Assembly: GCA_036007185.1 (NCBI GenBank)
Contig: DASYOZ010000072.1
Span: forward strand, 1 to 38,608
Reading direction: 5' to 3'
From: Gaiellaceae bacterium
GTDB taxonomy: Bacteria > Actinomycetota > Thermoleophilia > Gaiellales > Gaiellaceae
DNA: 38,608 nucleotides
Part shown: piece after piece, positions 1 through 7,902 of the stretch
Layout: each line of letters begins with the position of its first letter
How positions within the stretch are numbered: the stretch's first letter is position 1
The notes under the pieces: model-generated
Seen by the model: only the letters and a program-made list of their open reading frames with translations
What the model was told of the DNA's origin: nothing
Databases searched by the model: none
Made by a program: the position numbers and the translations under genes

Positions 1-920
1 TCGTCATGGGGATCAACGTCCAGGTGTGCTGGGAGAAGCTCGCGAACTACTGGGACATCGAGATGCGGCTCGTGCCGATGGAAGGCGACCGCTTCCACAT
101 GAACGCCGAGGAGGCCGTGAAGCTGTGCGACGAGAACACGATCGGCGTGATTCCCGTGCTCGGCTCGACATTCGACGGCTCCTACGAGCCGGTTAAGGAG
201 ATCTGCGACGCCCTCGACGACCTGCAGGAGAAAACGGGGCTCGACGTCCCCGTGCATGTCGACGGTGCGTCCGGCGCGTTCATCGCCCCGTTCGTCGACC
301 CGGACCTCGAGTGGGACTTCAGGCTGCCGCGCGTAGCCTCGATCAACGTGTCGGGCCACAAGTACGGGCTCGTGTATCCCGGCGTGGGCTGGGTGGTGTG
401 GCGCGACGCAGACGCCCTTCCGGCCGACCTGATCTTCTGGGTCAACTACCTCGGCGACAACATGCCGACGTTCGCGCTGAACTTTTCCCGGCCGGGCGCC
501 CAGGTGGTCGCCCAGTACTACAACTTCCTCCGCCTCGGCTTCGACGGCTACAAGGCGGTACAGGGCTATGCCCGCGATGTGGCGACGACACTCTCGGCGC
601 AGATCGCCGAGCTCGGGCCGTTCGAGCTGCTGACGCGGGGCGACGAGCTGCCCGTGTTCGCGTTCACGCTCGCGGATGGGATCGACAACTTCTCGGTCTT
701 CGACGTCTCGAACGCGCTCCGCGAGCGCGGCTGGCTGCTGCCGGCGTACACGTTCCCGAAAAACCGCGAGGATCTCGCGGCGCTGCGCGTCGTGGTCAAG
801 CGCGGCTTCGGCCAGGACATGGCGAACCTGCTCGTCGAGGACATCAAGCGCCAGCTGCCGAAGTTGCAGAAGCAACCCGAGCCGGTTCACGAGACCGCGG
901 CGACCGGCTTCCACCACTAG
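1..920 (+). CDS. gadB: glutamate decarboxylase, C-terminal ~305 aa (5' end lies outside the window)
   Basis: The reading frame is open to the window edge. The PLP-lysine motif SGHKYGLVYPGVGWVVWR and the overall sequence match the C-terminal half of group II PLP decarboxylases (GadA/GadB). Confidence 0.9.
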   Translation, partial: VMGINVQVCWEKLANYWDIEMRLVPMEGDRFHMNAEEAVKLCDENTIGVIPVLGSTFDGSYEPVKEICDALDDLQEKTGLDVPVHVDGASGAFIAPFVDPDLEWDFRLPRVASINVSGHKYGLVYPGVGWVVWRDADALPADLIFWVNYLGDNMPTFALNFSRPGAQVVAQYYNFLRLGFDGYKAVQGYARDVATTLSAQIAELGPFELLTRGDELPVFAFTLADGIDNFSVFDVSNALRERGWLLPAYTFPKNREDLAALRVVVKRGFGQDMANLLVEDIKRQLPKLQKQPEPVHETAATGFHH

Positions 921-931
921 GCGTTCAGGCG

Positions 932-1750
932 ATGAGCGCAACGGCGAAGCACGTTGAAGGAGTCCTCGCCGAGCGGATCGACAAGGACATCCTCGAGCCG
1001 ATCGCGGACTTCCAGAACCCCGCGCAGGAGTGGCGACGGCTCTTCTCGGAGCTGTACGGCACCTTCCTGCTGGTGATCGTGGCCGCCGGGGGCGGGATGA
1101 TGGGCCAGGCATTCCCGGGCACGATCAGTCGCACAGCCGCGGTCGTCGCGCCGGGCCTGATGGTGATGGGGATCATCATGTTCATGGGCAAGATCTCGGG
1201 CGCACACCTCAATCCCGCCGTGAGCGTCGCCTTCTCCCTCCGCGGCGACTTCCCATGGCGGCGGGTCCCGGGCTACATCGTCGTGCAGCTCGTGGGCGCG
1301 ACGCTTGCGGCGCTGTTCCTGCGCGAGGTGATCAAGGTGTCGGCCAGATACGGCTCCAATTACCCGGCGAGCGGCTACTCGAACTGGCAGGCATTCCTGA
1401 TGGAAGCGCTGCTCACGCTCGGGCTCGTCAGCGTGATCCTCGGCACCGCCTCGGGCGCGCAGAACATCGGCATCTTCGGCGCGATCGGCGTCGGCGGCTA
1501 CATCGCGCTCGCCGGCCTGTGGGGCAGTCCGATCTCGGGCGCCTCGATGAACCCCGCGCGCACATTCGGCCCCGACCTCGTCGCCCGCGAGTTCGGGGGC
1601 TACTGGGTCTACGTCGCCGGTCCACTCCTCGGCGCTGCCATCGCCGTCGGGTTCGCGTACGTCCTCCGCGGCGCCGGGGGCGGCAAGGCCGGGTCCGCAG
1701 CCGCCCAGGGCGACCTGCAGACCGAAGTCGCCAGACCCGGGCAGGCCTAG
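932..1750 (+). CDS. MIP/aquaporin family channel
   Basis: Two NPA boxes (HLNPAVS and MNPART) and six hydrophobic segments. The ATG at 932 is in frame inside the longer ORF 311..1750, whose upstream part is Arg/Ala-rich and non-protein-like. Confidence 0.9.
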   Translation: MSATAKHVEGVLAERIDKDILEPIADFQNPAQEWRRLFSELYGTFLLVIVAAGGGMMGQAFPGTISRTAAVVAPGLMVMGIIMFMGKISGAHLNPAVSVAFSLRGDFPWRRVPGYIVVQLVGATLAALFLREVIKVSARYGSNYPASGYSNWQAFLMEALLTLGLVSVILGTASGAQNIGIFGAIGVGGYIALAGLWGSPISGASMNPARTFGPDLVAREFGGYWVYVAGPLLGAAIAVGFAYVLRGAGGGKAGSAAAQGDLQTEVARPGQA

Positions 1751-3190
1751 ATGGGCACCGCGCAGAACAAGACCGCGCGAAGGAGTCCCAAACCGGTTCC
1801 GCACCCCACGCGCGCCGAGCGGGTTGCCGGTGGGAGGGCTGCGAGAGCGGACGTGCCGCGCTCGGCGCACGCCGGGATCGAGTTCCCCGAGCCTCGCGAT
1901 CCTGTGGGGCTGCTGGAGGAGCAGGCTGTCTCTCGGGTGCCCGAGCTCGTCCCGATCCGGTATGGGCGGATGCTCGCGTCCCCGTTCGCGTTCTACCGCG
2001 GCGGCGCGCTGCTCATGGCGGCGGACCTGGCACCGACCCCGAGCTCGGGGCTTCGCGTTCAGCTCTGCGGCGACGCGCACCTCTCGAACTTCGGCGTCTT
2101 CGGCTCTCCCGAGCGGAACCTCGTTTTCGATATGAACGACTTCGACGAGACCGCTCCCGGTCCGTGGGAGTGGGACGTCAAACGCCTGGCGGCCAGCTTC
2201 GCCGTCGGAGGGCGCGAGAACGGGTTCAGCGAGACAGAGCGCAGAGCGGTCGTCCTCGACACGCTCCGCGCCTACCGGGAGTCGATGACCGCCTTCGCGC
2301 AGATGCGGAACCTCGACGTCTGGTACGCGCATCTCTCCGTCGATCAGGCCATGGCCGAGTTCAGCGCCGGCGTCGACCCCAAACGCCTGAAAAAGGCCCA
2401 GGCCGTGATCGAGAAGTCGCGCACCAAGGACAGCATGCACGCCTTCGAGAAGCTGACCCACCTCGTCGACGGAGAACCGCGCATCATCAGCGACCCGCCA
2501 CTGATCGTGCCCATCGACGAACTCACTCCCGCGGCGACCGAGCGGGAAGCACTCGAAGAGGAAATGCGCAACCTGATCCGCTCCTACCGACGGACACTGG
2601 AGACCGACCGCCGCCACCTACTCGAGGACTTCCGGTTCGTCGACCTGGCCCGCAAAGTCGTCGGGGTCGGAAGCGTCGGCACCCGCGCCTGGATCGCGCT
2701 CATGCTCGGCGCCGACCAGCAAGACCCCCTCTTCCTCCAGATCAAGGAGGCACAACCATCCGTCCTCGAGCGGTTCGTCGGCAAGAGCGAGTACAGCAAC
2801 AGCGGCCAACGCGTCGTCGCCGGCCAACGCCTGATGCAGGCGGTCAGCGACATCTTCCTCGGCTGGCAACACGTCAACGCCGGCCTCGACGGCCAAGAGC
2901 GCGACTTCTACATCCGCCAACTCAAAGACTGGAAAGGCTCCTTCGCCTTCGAAACAGCCGCCCCACCCGGCGCCGCCGCCTACGGCAAAGCCTGCGGCTG
3001 GACACTCGCCCGCGCCCACGCCCGCTCCGGCGACCGCGTCGCGATCGCCGCCTACCTCGGCAAATCCGACGTATTCGACCGAGCGATCGCCACCTTCGCC
3101 GAAACGTACGCCGACCAAAACCAACGCGACTACCAGGCATTACAAGCCGCCGTCGACGACGGCCGCATCCAGGCCGAGACAGGACTCTGA
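1751..3190 (+). CDS. DUF2252 domain-containing protein
   Basis: RYGRMLASPFAFYRGGALLMAADL and LCGDAHLSNFG are typical DUF2252 motifs. The ATG immediately follows the stop of the upstream gene (TAGATG). It contains an in-frame TTA codon at 3140-3142. Confidence 0.8.
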   Translation: MGTAQNKTARRSPKPVPHPTRAERVAGGRAARADVPRSAHAGIEFPEPRDPVGLLEEQAVSRVPELVPIRYGRMLASPFAFYRGGALLMAADLAPTPSSGLRVQLCGDAHLSNFGVFGSPERNLVFDMNDFDETAPGPWEWDVKRLAASFAVGGRENGFSETERRAVVLDTLRAYRESMTAFAQMRNLDVWYAHLSVDQAMAEFSAGVDPKRLKKAQAVIEKSRTKDSMHAFEKLTHLVDGEPRIISDPPLIVPIDELTPAATEREALEEEMRNLIRSYRRTLETDRRHLLEDFRFVDLARKVVGVGSVGTRAWIALMLGADQQDPLFLQIKEAQPSVLERFVGKSEYSNSGQRVVAGQRLMQAVSDIFLGWQHVNAGLDGQERDFYIRQLKDWKGSFAFETAAPPGAAAYGKACGWTLARAHARSGDRVAIAAYLGKSDVFDRAIATFAETYADQNQRDYQALQAAVDDGRIQAETGL

Positions 3191-3217
3191 CCCCCTCGCT
3201 GCTCTACCTCTCGAGAA

Positions 3218-3793
3218 TCAGTTCAGTACGAGGTGCTCCCGCCGCCCGATTGCAACGGCCTCGAGCCGCGAGTGAGCGTTGAGCGCACGCAGGATGTGGC
3301 GGATGTGGTTCCGCACCGTGTCCATGCTGAGATGGAGCTCATCCGCGATCTGCTCGGTCGAGCGGCCCTCCTCCAGCAGGGTCAGCACCTGTGCTTGTCG
3401 CGGCGTGAGGCTCGGGTGCGGCGCCAGGGGCCGTTCGCGGGTGTCGACGTGCTTGACCTGGCCGAAGACGCCGATCACCCGCTCACCGCTTCGGAGCGGT
3501 ACTGCGCTGACCTCGACGGACAGGCGCTCGCCATTCGCGTCGAGGACGACGCCCTTGTTGTCCGACCCCGACCGAGGCCCCACAAGATTCCGGACGAAGA
3601 TCTCCCGCGCCCGCCGCGTTTCCTCGGGCGCGACGACCGAGGTCAGCTGGCGGCCTCGAACGTCCCCGACCAGCTTCCGTGCTGCCGGATTGAGCCACCG
3701 GATGATCCCGTGCCGGTCGATCACGTAGGCCGGAACTCGAACCCGCTCCATCGCGTCTTCGATCTCGCCGCCGAGGTTCTCCAACTCTGACAT
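3218..3793 (-). CDS. PAS domain + LuxR-type HTH transcriptional regulator
   Basis: The N-terminus is PAS-like (VPAYVIDRHGIIRWLNPAARKLVG). The C-terminus is a LuxR/GerE HTH (LTPRQAQVLTLLEEGRSTEQIADELHLSMDTVRNHIRHIL). The start is taken at ATG 3793 (MSELENL) rather than ORF-track position 3829. Confidence 0.85.
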   Translation of the reverse strand: MSELENLGGEIEDAMERVRVPAYVIDRHGIIRWLNPAARKLVGDVRGRQLTSVVAPEETRRAREIFVRNLVGPRSGSDNKGVVLDANGERLSVEVSAVPLRSGERVIGVFGQVKHVDTRERPLAPHPSLTPRQAQVLTLLEEGRSTEQIADELHLSMDTVRNHIRHILRALNAHSRLEAVAIGRREHLVLN

Positions 3794-3895
3794 CGCTCTG
3801 AGTTTGCTCCTCGCGCCGAGAGATCGCAACTACCCGGGCGCGGCCCCTGGCTGAGCCAGCGTCATCACCGGCGGAGCTCATCAGCGTGTCCTGCA

Positions 3896-3980
3896 TGCCG
3901 GGGGCGGGACTCGAACCCGCATGGCCCGAGGGCCACCCGATTTTAAGTCGGGCGCGTCTGACCAGTTCCGCCACCCCGGC
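3896..3980 (-). tRNA. tRNA-Leu, anticodon UAA (reads UUA), class II with long variable arm
   Basis: Hand-folded cloverleaf. The acceptor stem is GCCGGGG/CCCCGGC with discriminator A. The anticodon stem is CCCGA/TCGGG with loop CTTAAAA. The variable arm is GGCCC-TCG-GGGCC-like, the T arm is GCGGGTTCGAGTCCCGC, and no CCA is encoded. Confidence 0.9.
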
Positions 3981-3986
3981 GCGGTG

Positions 3987-4019
3987 AGGGTAACTGCCGA
4001 CTGCCGTGCCGGATACCCT
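3987..4019. promoter_or_regulatory. Possible divergent -10 elements (TACCCT on each strand) for the tRNA-Leu and the dsbB-like gene
   Basis: AGGGTA at 3987-3992 reads TACCCT on the minus strand, 6 nt before tRNA position +1. TACCCT at 4014-4019 sits 8 nt before ATG 4028, and no Shine-Dalgarno is visible. This fits the actinobacterial TAnnnT -10 and leaderless geometry. It is inference only. Confidence 0.25.
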
Positions 4020-4027
4020 GCGGCCCG

Positions 4028-4621
4028 ATGACGCGCGACGCGATTTACCTGTTTTCCGTCCTCGGCGTCGTCGGGCAGGTGCTTGTCGCGGTGATGATCG
4101 TCGCCGGCCTGCTCGCGCTCGCGGGTGTCCGGGGACCGCTCGACGGGATCCGTCGGCTGCTCTGGGGCTATGAGCTGTGGGCGGCATTCGTCGTCGCGGC
4201 GATCGCGACCTGCGGCAGCCTCTTCTACTCCCAGATCGCGAACTTCCAGCCGTGCGAGCTCTGCTGGTTCCAGCGGATCTGCATGTACCCGCTCTCGATC
4301 CTCACGCTCCTCGTCGCCTGGCACGGCGACAACCGCGCGGCGCGCTACCTCCTACCGCTGCCGGTCGCCGGCGCCTGTGTCTCGATCTACCACATGCTGA
4401 TCCAGTACGGAGCCATCACCGAGCCGAAAGGGTGCTTCATCGGCGCGCCGGCGGGCTGCGGCACGAACTGGATCGCCTCTCACCCGGATGCGTCCTTCGG
4501 CTATCTCTCCATTCCGACCCTCGCTCTCACCGGCTTCCTTCTTCTCATCGGATTCTTGGTCCTCGCGACCACCGGGACCACCGAGGAGACGGCTACCCTT
4601 CCCGCGCATGCCGAGCGGTAA
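4028..4621 (+). CDS. disulfide bond formation protein, DsbB/BdbC family
   Basis: Four TM segments with paired cysteines (CGSLFYS, QPCELCWFQRICMYP, CFIGAPAGC), typical of BdbC-type thiol-disulfide oxidoreductases. Confidence 0.8.
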   Translation: MTRDAIYLFSVLGVVGQVLVAVMIVAGLLALAGVRGPLDGIRRLLWGYELWAAFVVAAIATCGSLFYSQIANFQPCELCWFQRICMYPLSILTLLVAWHGDNRAARYLLPLPVAGACVSIYHMLIQYGAITEPKGCFIGAPAGCGTNWIASHPDASFGYLSIPTLALTGFLLLIGFLVLATTGTTEETATLPAHAER

Positions 4622-5468
4622 GAGAGCAAGAGAGCAGCGGCGGACGGCCGCGACCGCGCCACGGACGCCTCCGCCGGTGCGCTCGAAGGGCATGGGCGGA
4701 CGCGGCCCGCGTCAGGCGTCGCCGCGCGCGCTCGCGATCGGAGGCGGCATCGTCGCGGTCGTGGTGATCGCCATCGTGCTCGGAGTGGTGCTCGGACGCG
4801 GCAACGGCAGCAACTCTCCGTCGAGCGTCCTCGGTGGCCTGGGGTCGGTCGGCAACGCGAACAGCCCGGTGGCACTCCAGGGCGCGCCCGACGCGAACGC
4901 GCTCTTCAATCGCATCCCGCAGAAGGGAATCGTGCTCGGCAACCCCGGCGCGCCGGTCAAGATGGAGATGTTCATCGACGTCCAGTGCCCGATTTGCCGG
5001 GACTACGAGGTCAGCAACCTGCCGGAGATCGTCCAGAAGTACGTCAAGACGGGAAAGGTGCAGCTGCACGTGCAGCCGTGGGCCTTCCTCGGACCGCAAT
5101 CGACGTCCGGTCGGCTCGGTGTGATCGCGGCCTCGTTCCAGAACAAGGGTTACGAGTACGCGAAGGTGCTCTACGACAATCAGCAGACGGAGAACACGGG
5201 CTGGCTGACCAACCGGGAGATGGCGATGATCGCCGCAAGCGTGACGGGGCTCAACCTGCACCGGTGGTGGTCGGACGTCAACAGCTCGCAAGCGAAGGCG
5301 ATCGCGAGCCAGGTCGACTCGCTCGCCACGAAGGCGAATGTCCAGGGCACGCCGACGGTCCTCGTCGGCCCTGCCAATGGCAAGCTGCACGACATCATCC
5401 AGCCGGGCCTCGCGCCGACCCTGCAGATCACCGAGCAGGCGCTCGACCGCCAGCTCGCGAAGAGCTAG
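4608..5468 (+). CDS. DsbA-family thioredoxin-fold protein, membrane anchored
   Basis: CPIC active site (FIDVQCPICRDYE), an N-terminal basic region plus a TM anchor, and GTPTVLVG near the C-terminus. ATG 4608 overlaps the dsbB-like stop by 14 nt. The ORF-track start at 4488 is rejected. Confidence 0.8.
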   Translation: MPSGKRAREQRRTAATAPRTPPPVRSKGMGGRGPRQASPRALAIGGGIVAVVVIAIVLGVVLGRGNGSNSPSSVLGGLGSVGNANSPVALQGAPDANALFNRIPQKGIVLGNPGAPVKMEMFIDVQCPICRDYEVSNLPEIVQKYVKTGKVQLHVQPWAFLGPQSTSGRLGVIAASFQNKGYEYAKVLYDNQQTENTGWLTNREMAMIAASVTGLNLHRWWSDVNSSQAKAIASQVDSLATKANVQGTPTVLVGPANGKLHDIIQPGLAPTLQITEQALDRQLAKS

Positions 5469-5514
5469 CCCGCGCCCACGGGCGGAAATTCCGCAAAGAG
5501 CGCGCTTTTCTCTC

Positions 5515-5544
5515 TTGACCGCTGACGAGACGCCCGAGTAGGCT
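5515..5544 (+). promoter_or_regulatory. Candidate sigma-70-type promoter upstream of rmuC
   Basis: TTGACC (5515-5520), an 18-nt spacer, then TAGGCT (5539-5544), about 90 nt upstream of ATG 5634. This is a sequence pattern only. Confidence 0.3.
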
Positions 5545-5633
5545 CTGCGAGCCGGTTCCGATGGACTTACGGGTTCGTCGGGGCCGGCGTTTTGGTGGTC
5601 CGTCCGATCTGATCTCTAGGGTTCTGCGCCCCA

Positions 5634-6647
5634 ATGATCGTCGGACTCCTCATCGTTCTCGTCCTCCTCGCGCTCGGGGCGGCCGTCGTCTGGCTGCCCC
5701 GCATGATCGCAGCCCAGCTCGCGTCGCTGCGCGTGGAAACTGCCCGGCAGCTCGGAGAGCGGAACGCCGAAGTGGACCGCCGTCTCGCCGACGTCACCGA
5801 GACACTCGACCGCCGCCTCGCGAGCAGCGGCCAGACGGCGACGCAGATCCACGAGAAGCTCGGCCAGGTCACGACGGTGATGGCCGAGGTAAACGAGCGC
5901 GCGAAGGATCTGGGGCGACTCGAGCAGGTCCTGCGTCCCCCGAAGGCGCGAGGCGGCTTCGGCGAGCTCCTGCTCGAGAACCTCCTGCGCGACCGGCTGC
6001 CGCCGGAGGCCTACGCGATGCAGCACACGTTTGCGACCGGCGACCGCGTTGACGCCGTGATCCGGGTCGACAGGCTCGTCCCGGTCGACTCGAAGTTCCC
6101 GCTCGACAACTTCGAGCTGATGATCGGAGCCGAGGACGAGGCGCAGCGCCACCTGCACGAGAAGGCCTTCGCCCGCGACGTGAAGAAGCACATCGACGAC
6201 ATCTCGGCGAAGTACATCCTCCCCGACGAGGGCACGTACGACTTCGCGCTCATGTACCTGCCGGCGGAGGCGATCTATTACGAGCTCGTCTCCGGCAAGA
6301 CCGGCCAGCTCCTCACCTACGCGCACGAGCGGCGCGTCTTCCCGGTCTCGGCGACGACCTTCACCGCGTATCTCCAGGTGATCGTGATGGGGCTCAAGGG
6401 GCTCCAGATCGAGGAGACCGCACACGAAGTGATGGCCTACTGCGCAGCGCTGCAGAAGGACTTCGGCAAGTTCCGCGAGGACTTCGAGCTCGTCGGGACG
6501 CACCTCTCGCGGGCGCAGAGCAAGTACGCGGAGGCGGACAAGCGCCTCGACCGCTTCGAGACGCGGCTCGAGCGCGCCGCCGACCTCGAGGTCGACGCCG
6601 CTCCGGCCGAGCCGCCGGCGCTGCCGCGAGCGCTCGACGCCGCCTAG
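5634..6647 (+). CDS. rmuC: DNA recombination protein RmuC
   Basis: N-terminal TM segment and coiled coil. The conserved RmuC core is present (GGFGELLLENLL, VDAVIRVDRLVPVDSKFPLDNFE, DFALMYLPAEAIYYEL). Confidence 0.85.
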   Translation: MIVGLLIVLVLLALGAAVVWLPRMIAAQLASLRVETARQLGERNAEVDRRLADVTETLDRRLASSGQTATQIHEKLGQVTTVMAEVNERAKDLGRLEQVLRPPKARGGFGELLLENLLRDRLPPEAYAMQHTFATGDRVDAVIRVDRLVPVDSKFPLDNFELMIGAEDEAQRHLHEKAFARDVKKHIDDISAKYILPDEGTYDFALMYLPAEAIYYELVSGKTGQLLTYAHERRVFPVSATTFTAYLQVIVMGLKGLQIEETAHEVMAYCAALQKDFGKFREDFELVGTHLSRAQSKYAEADKRLDRFETRLERAADLEVDAAPAEPPALPRALDAA

Positions 6648-7852
6648 AAACGAAGGAGTGCGGCGACGCCGCCGACCGGATCGAGGTCGCGATGCTCCTC
6701 GCCGATCACCTCGACCGTCCCGCCGTGCGTCAACGTCTGGTGCACGACGAGATCGAGGCCGGTATCCGCCGGCTGCAGCGTCGTCCCGTCGAGCGGACAG
6801 CTTCCGTCCACGACCTGCGGGCGGCCACAGGCCGGGCAGACGTACGCGGGCTGGTCGGCGCCCTCCTGCACGAGCAGGAGCTCGACTCGGCCGTCGGACG
6901 CGGCCTGCAGGGTCTCCTCCCAGCCGGAGGCGGCGCGGCCGTTCCGCGCGGCTTCCTCCCGCCAGCGGGCGAGTAGGTCCTCCTCCCTGCCGGCACGCCA
7001 CTCGTCGAGCAGTGGCCGGGCCGCCTCGAGCAGCCGCGTCGCGTCGACGTGTGCCTCGGCCGCGACCCAGCCGACGAGCGCGCCCCGAACCTCGGGCGAG
7101 AGCAGGCTCTCGAACTCGGATCGCGTCTCCTCGGGCCCGGCGAGCACGACGCGGACGTTCCGGAGCCTACGGACGCGGCGGTCGAGTGCATCCGCAACGT
7201 CACGCAGATGCCGGTCGACGATCTCCTCGATGTGGCGCCCGTAGCGCGACTGCGACCAGCCGCCCTGGTCGTGGCGGCCCGGAACGTCCGCCGACTCGTC
7301 CACGAGCGGAGTGAGCCGGCCCGCGCGGAGCCGGTAGACGTCGCCGCGCTCCCGGCCCACATAGGCGACCAGCGCGCCGTCGCCGCGCCCGACGACGCGA
7401 ACGAGCGGCGCGAGATAGAGCTGATTCGCGATGCGGGCGTCGTCGTCCACCGGCCACGGCAACAGCAGCGGCTGGAACAGGTCGTCGAGCTCGGCGGCGA
7501 AGACCGCGACGCCTTGAACGCCCTCGCGGTTGAGCTCGCTGTCGAACCAGGTCTCGATCCGCTCGAGATCGCGCGCGAGCGCCTTGCGCTCGTCATGCGA
7601 GAGCGACGCGCGTCGCTCGTCCAGCTGTCGCTCCCCACGCGCCAGCAACGACCGCGTATGCGAGGCGAGATCCCCCGCGGTCGGCACGATGCGGGGATCG
7701 AGACCGACGTAGACGCTCACGGCGCAACCGTGCGTCGCCCGGAAAGCCGCAAGCTCGCGCAGCTGCTCCCAGGTGATCGATCCGGCCACGGCGCCCGTCT
7801 CCCCCTCACCGCGGATTCTATGCCTCCGGACCGGCGACCTCGGGAACGTCAA
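6644..7852 (-). CDS. eRF1-like (bacterial archaeo-eukaryotic release factor / Vms1-type peptidyl-tRNA hydrolase family) protein with an embedded Zn-ribbon
   Basis: The motif PGRHDQGGWSQSRYGRHIEE is comparable to eRF1 HGRGGQSALRFARLR. The C-terminal domain has CPACGRPQVVDGSCPLDG. The start codon is uncertain. Confidence 0.65.
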   Translation of the reverse strand: MTFPRSPVRRHRIRGEGETGAVAGSITWEQLRELAAFRATHGCAVSVYVGLDPRIVPTAGDLASHTRSLLARGERQLDERRASLSHDERKALARDLERIETWFDSELNREGVQGVAVFAAELDDLFQPLLLPWPVDDDARIANQLYLAPLVRVVGRGDGALVAYVGRERGDVYRLRAGRLTPLVDESADVPGRHDQGGWSQSRYGRHIEEIVDRHLRDVADALDRRVRRLRNVRVVLAGPEETRSEFESLLSPEVRGALVGWVAAEAHVDATRLLEAARPLLDEWRAGREEDLLARWREEAARNGRAASGWEETLQAASDGRVELLLVQEGADQPAYVCPACGRPQVVDGSCPLDGTTLQPADTGLDLVVHQTLTHGGTVEVIGEEHRDLDPVGGVAALLRF

Positions 7853-7902
7853 TCCGGCCCAGATCGTTTAATACAGCAGACACGTTTGGGAGAGAGGAAT
7901 CC

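Noticed and set aside
311-931. N-terminal extensions of ORF-track entries. Affected entries: 311 (MIP), 4488 (DsbA-like), 8310 (corA), 20825 (IDH-like), 24345-25952 (DedA), 26233 (pntB), 26283 (VOC), 29230-30516 (dprA), 12972-14093 (nth), 31685 (SHOCT).
   Set aside because: The extended parts overlap the preceding well-supported gene and translate to non-protein-like Arg/Pro-rich sequence. Internal ATG, GTG or TTG starts give tight, often 1-14 nt, overlaps typical of operons.
917-2617. Long antisense or out-of-frame ORFs in the track. Examples: 917-2617 (566 aa), 1030-3282 (750 aa), 5616-7001, 7849-8922, 13846-16296 (816 aa), 18084-19553, 25996-27420, 29722-31449.
   Set aside because: Their translations are Arg/Ala/Pro/Gly-rich and low in complexity, with no recognisable motifs. 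Each is fully overlapped by a gene with clear family signatures on the other strand or frame. These are typical shadow ORFs of a ~70% GC genome.
5470-5512. Terminator after the DsbA-like gene (GCCCACGGGC and AGAGCGCGCTTTTCTC).
   Set aside because: The stems are only 4-5 bp with tiny loops, and the pairing is ambiguous. This is not strong enough to call.
6644-6647. Convergent genes overlapping by exactly 4 nt on the palindrome CTAG at two places: rmuC/eRF1-like at 6644-6647, and VOC/FAD-oxidoreductase at 28106-28109.
   Set aside because: TAG on one strand automatically gives CTA on the other. A shared CTAG is the simplest way for two TAG stops to abut, so two occurrences are not evidence of a regulatory device.
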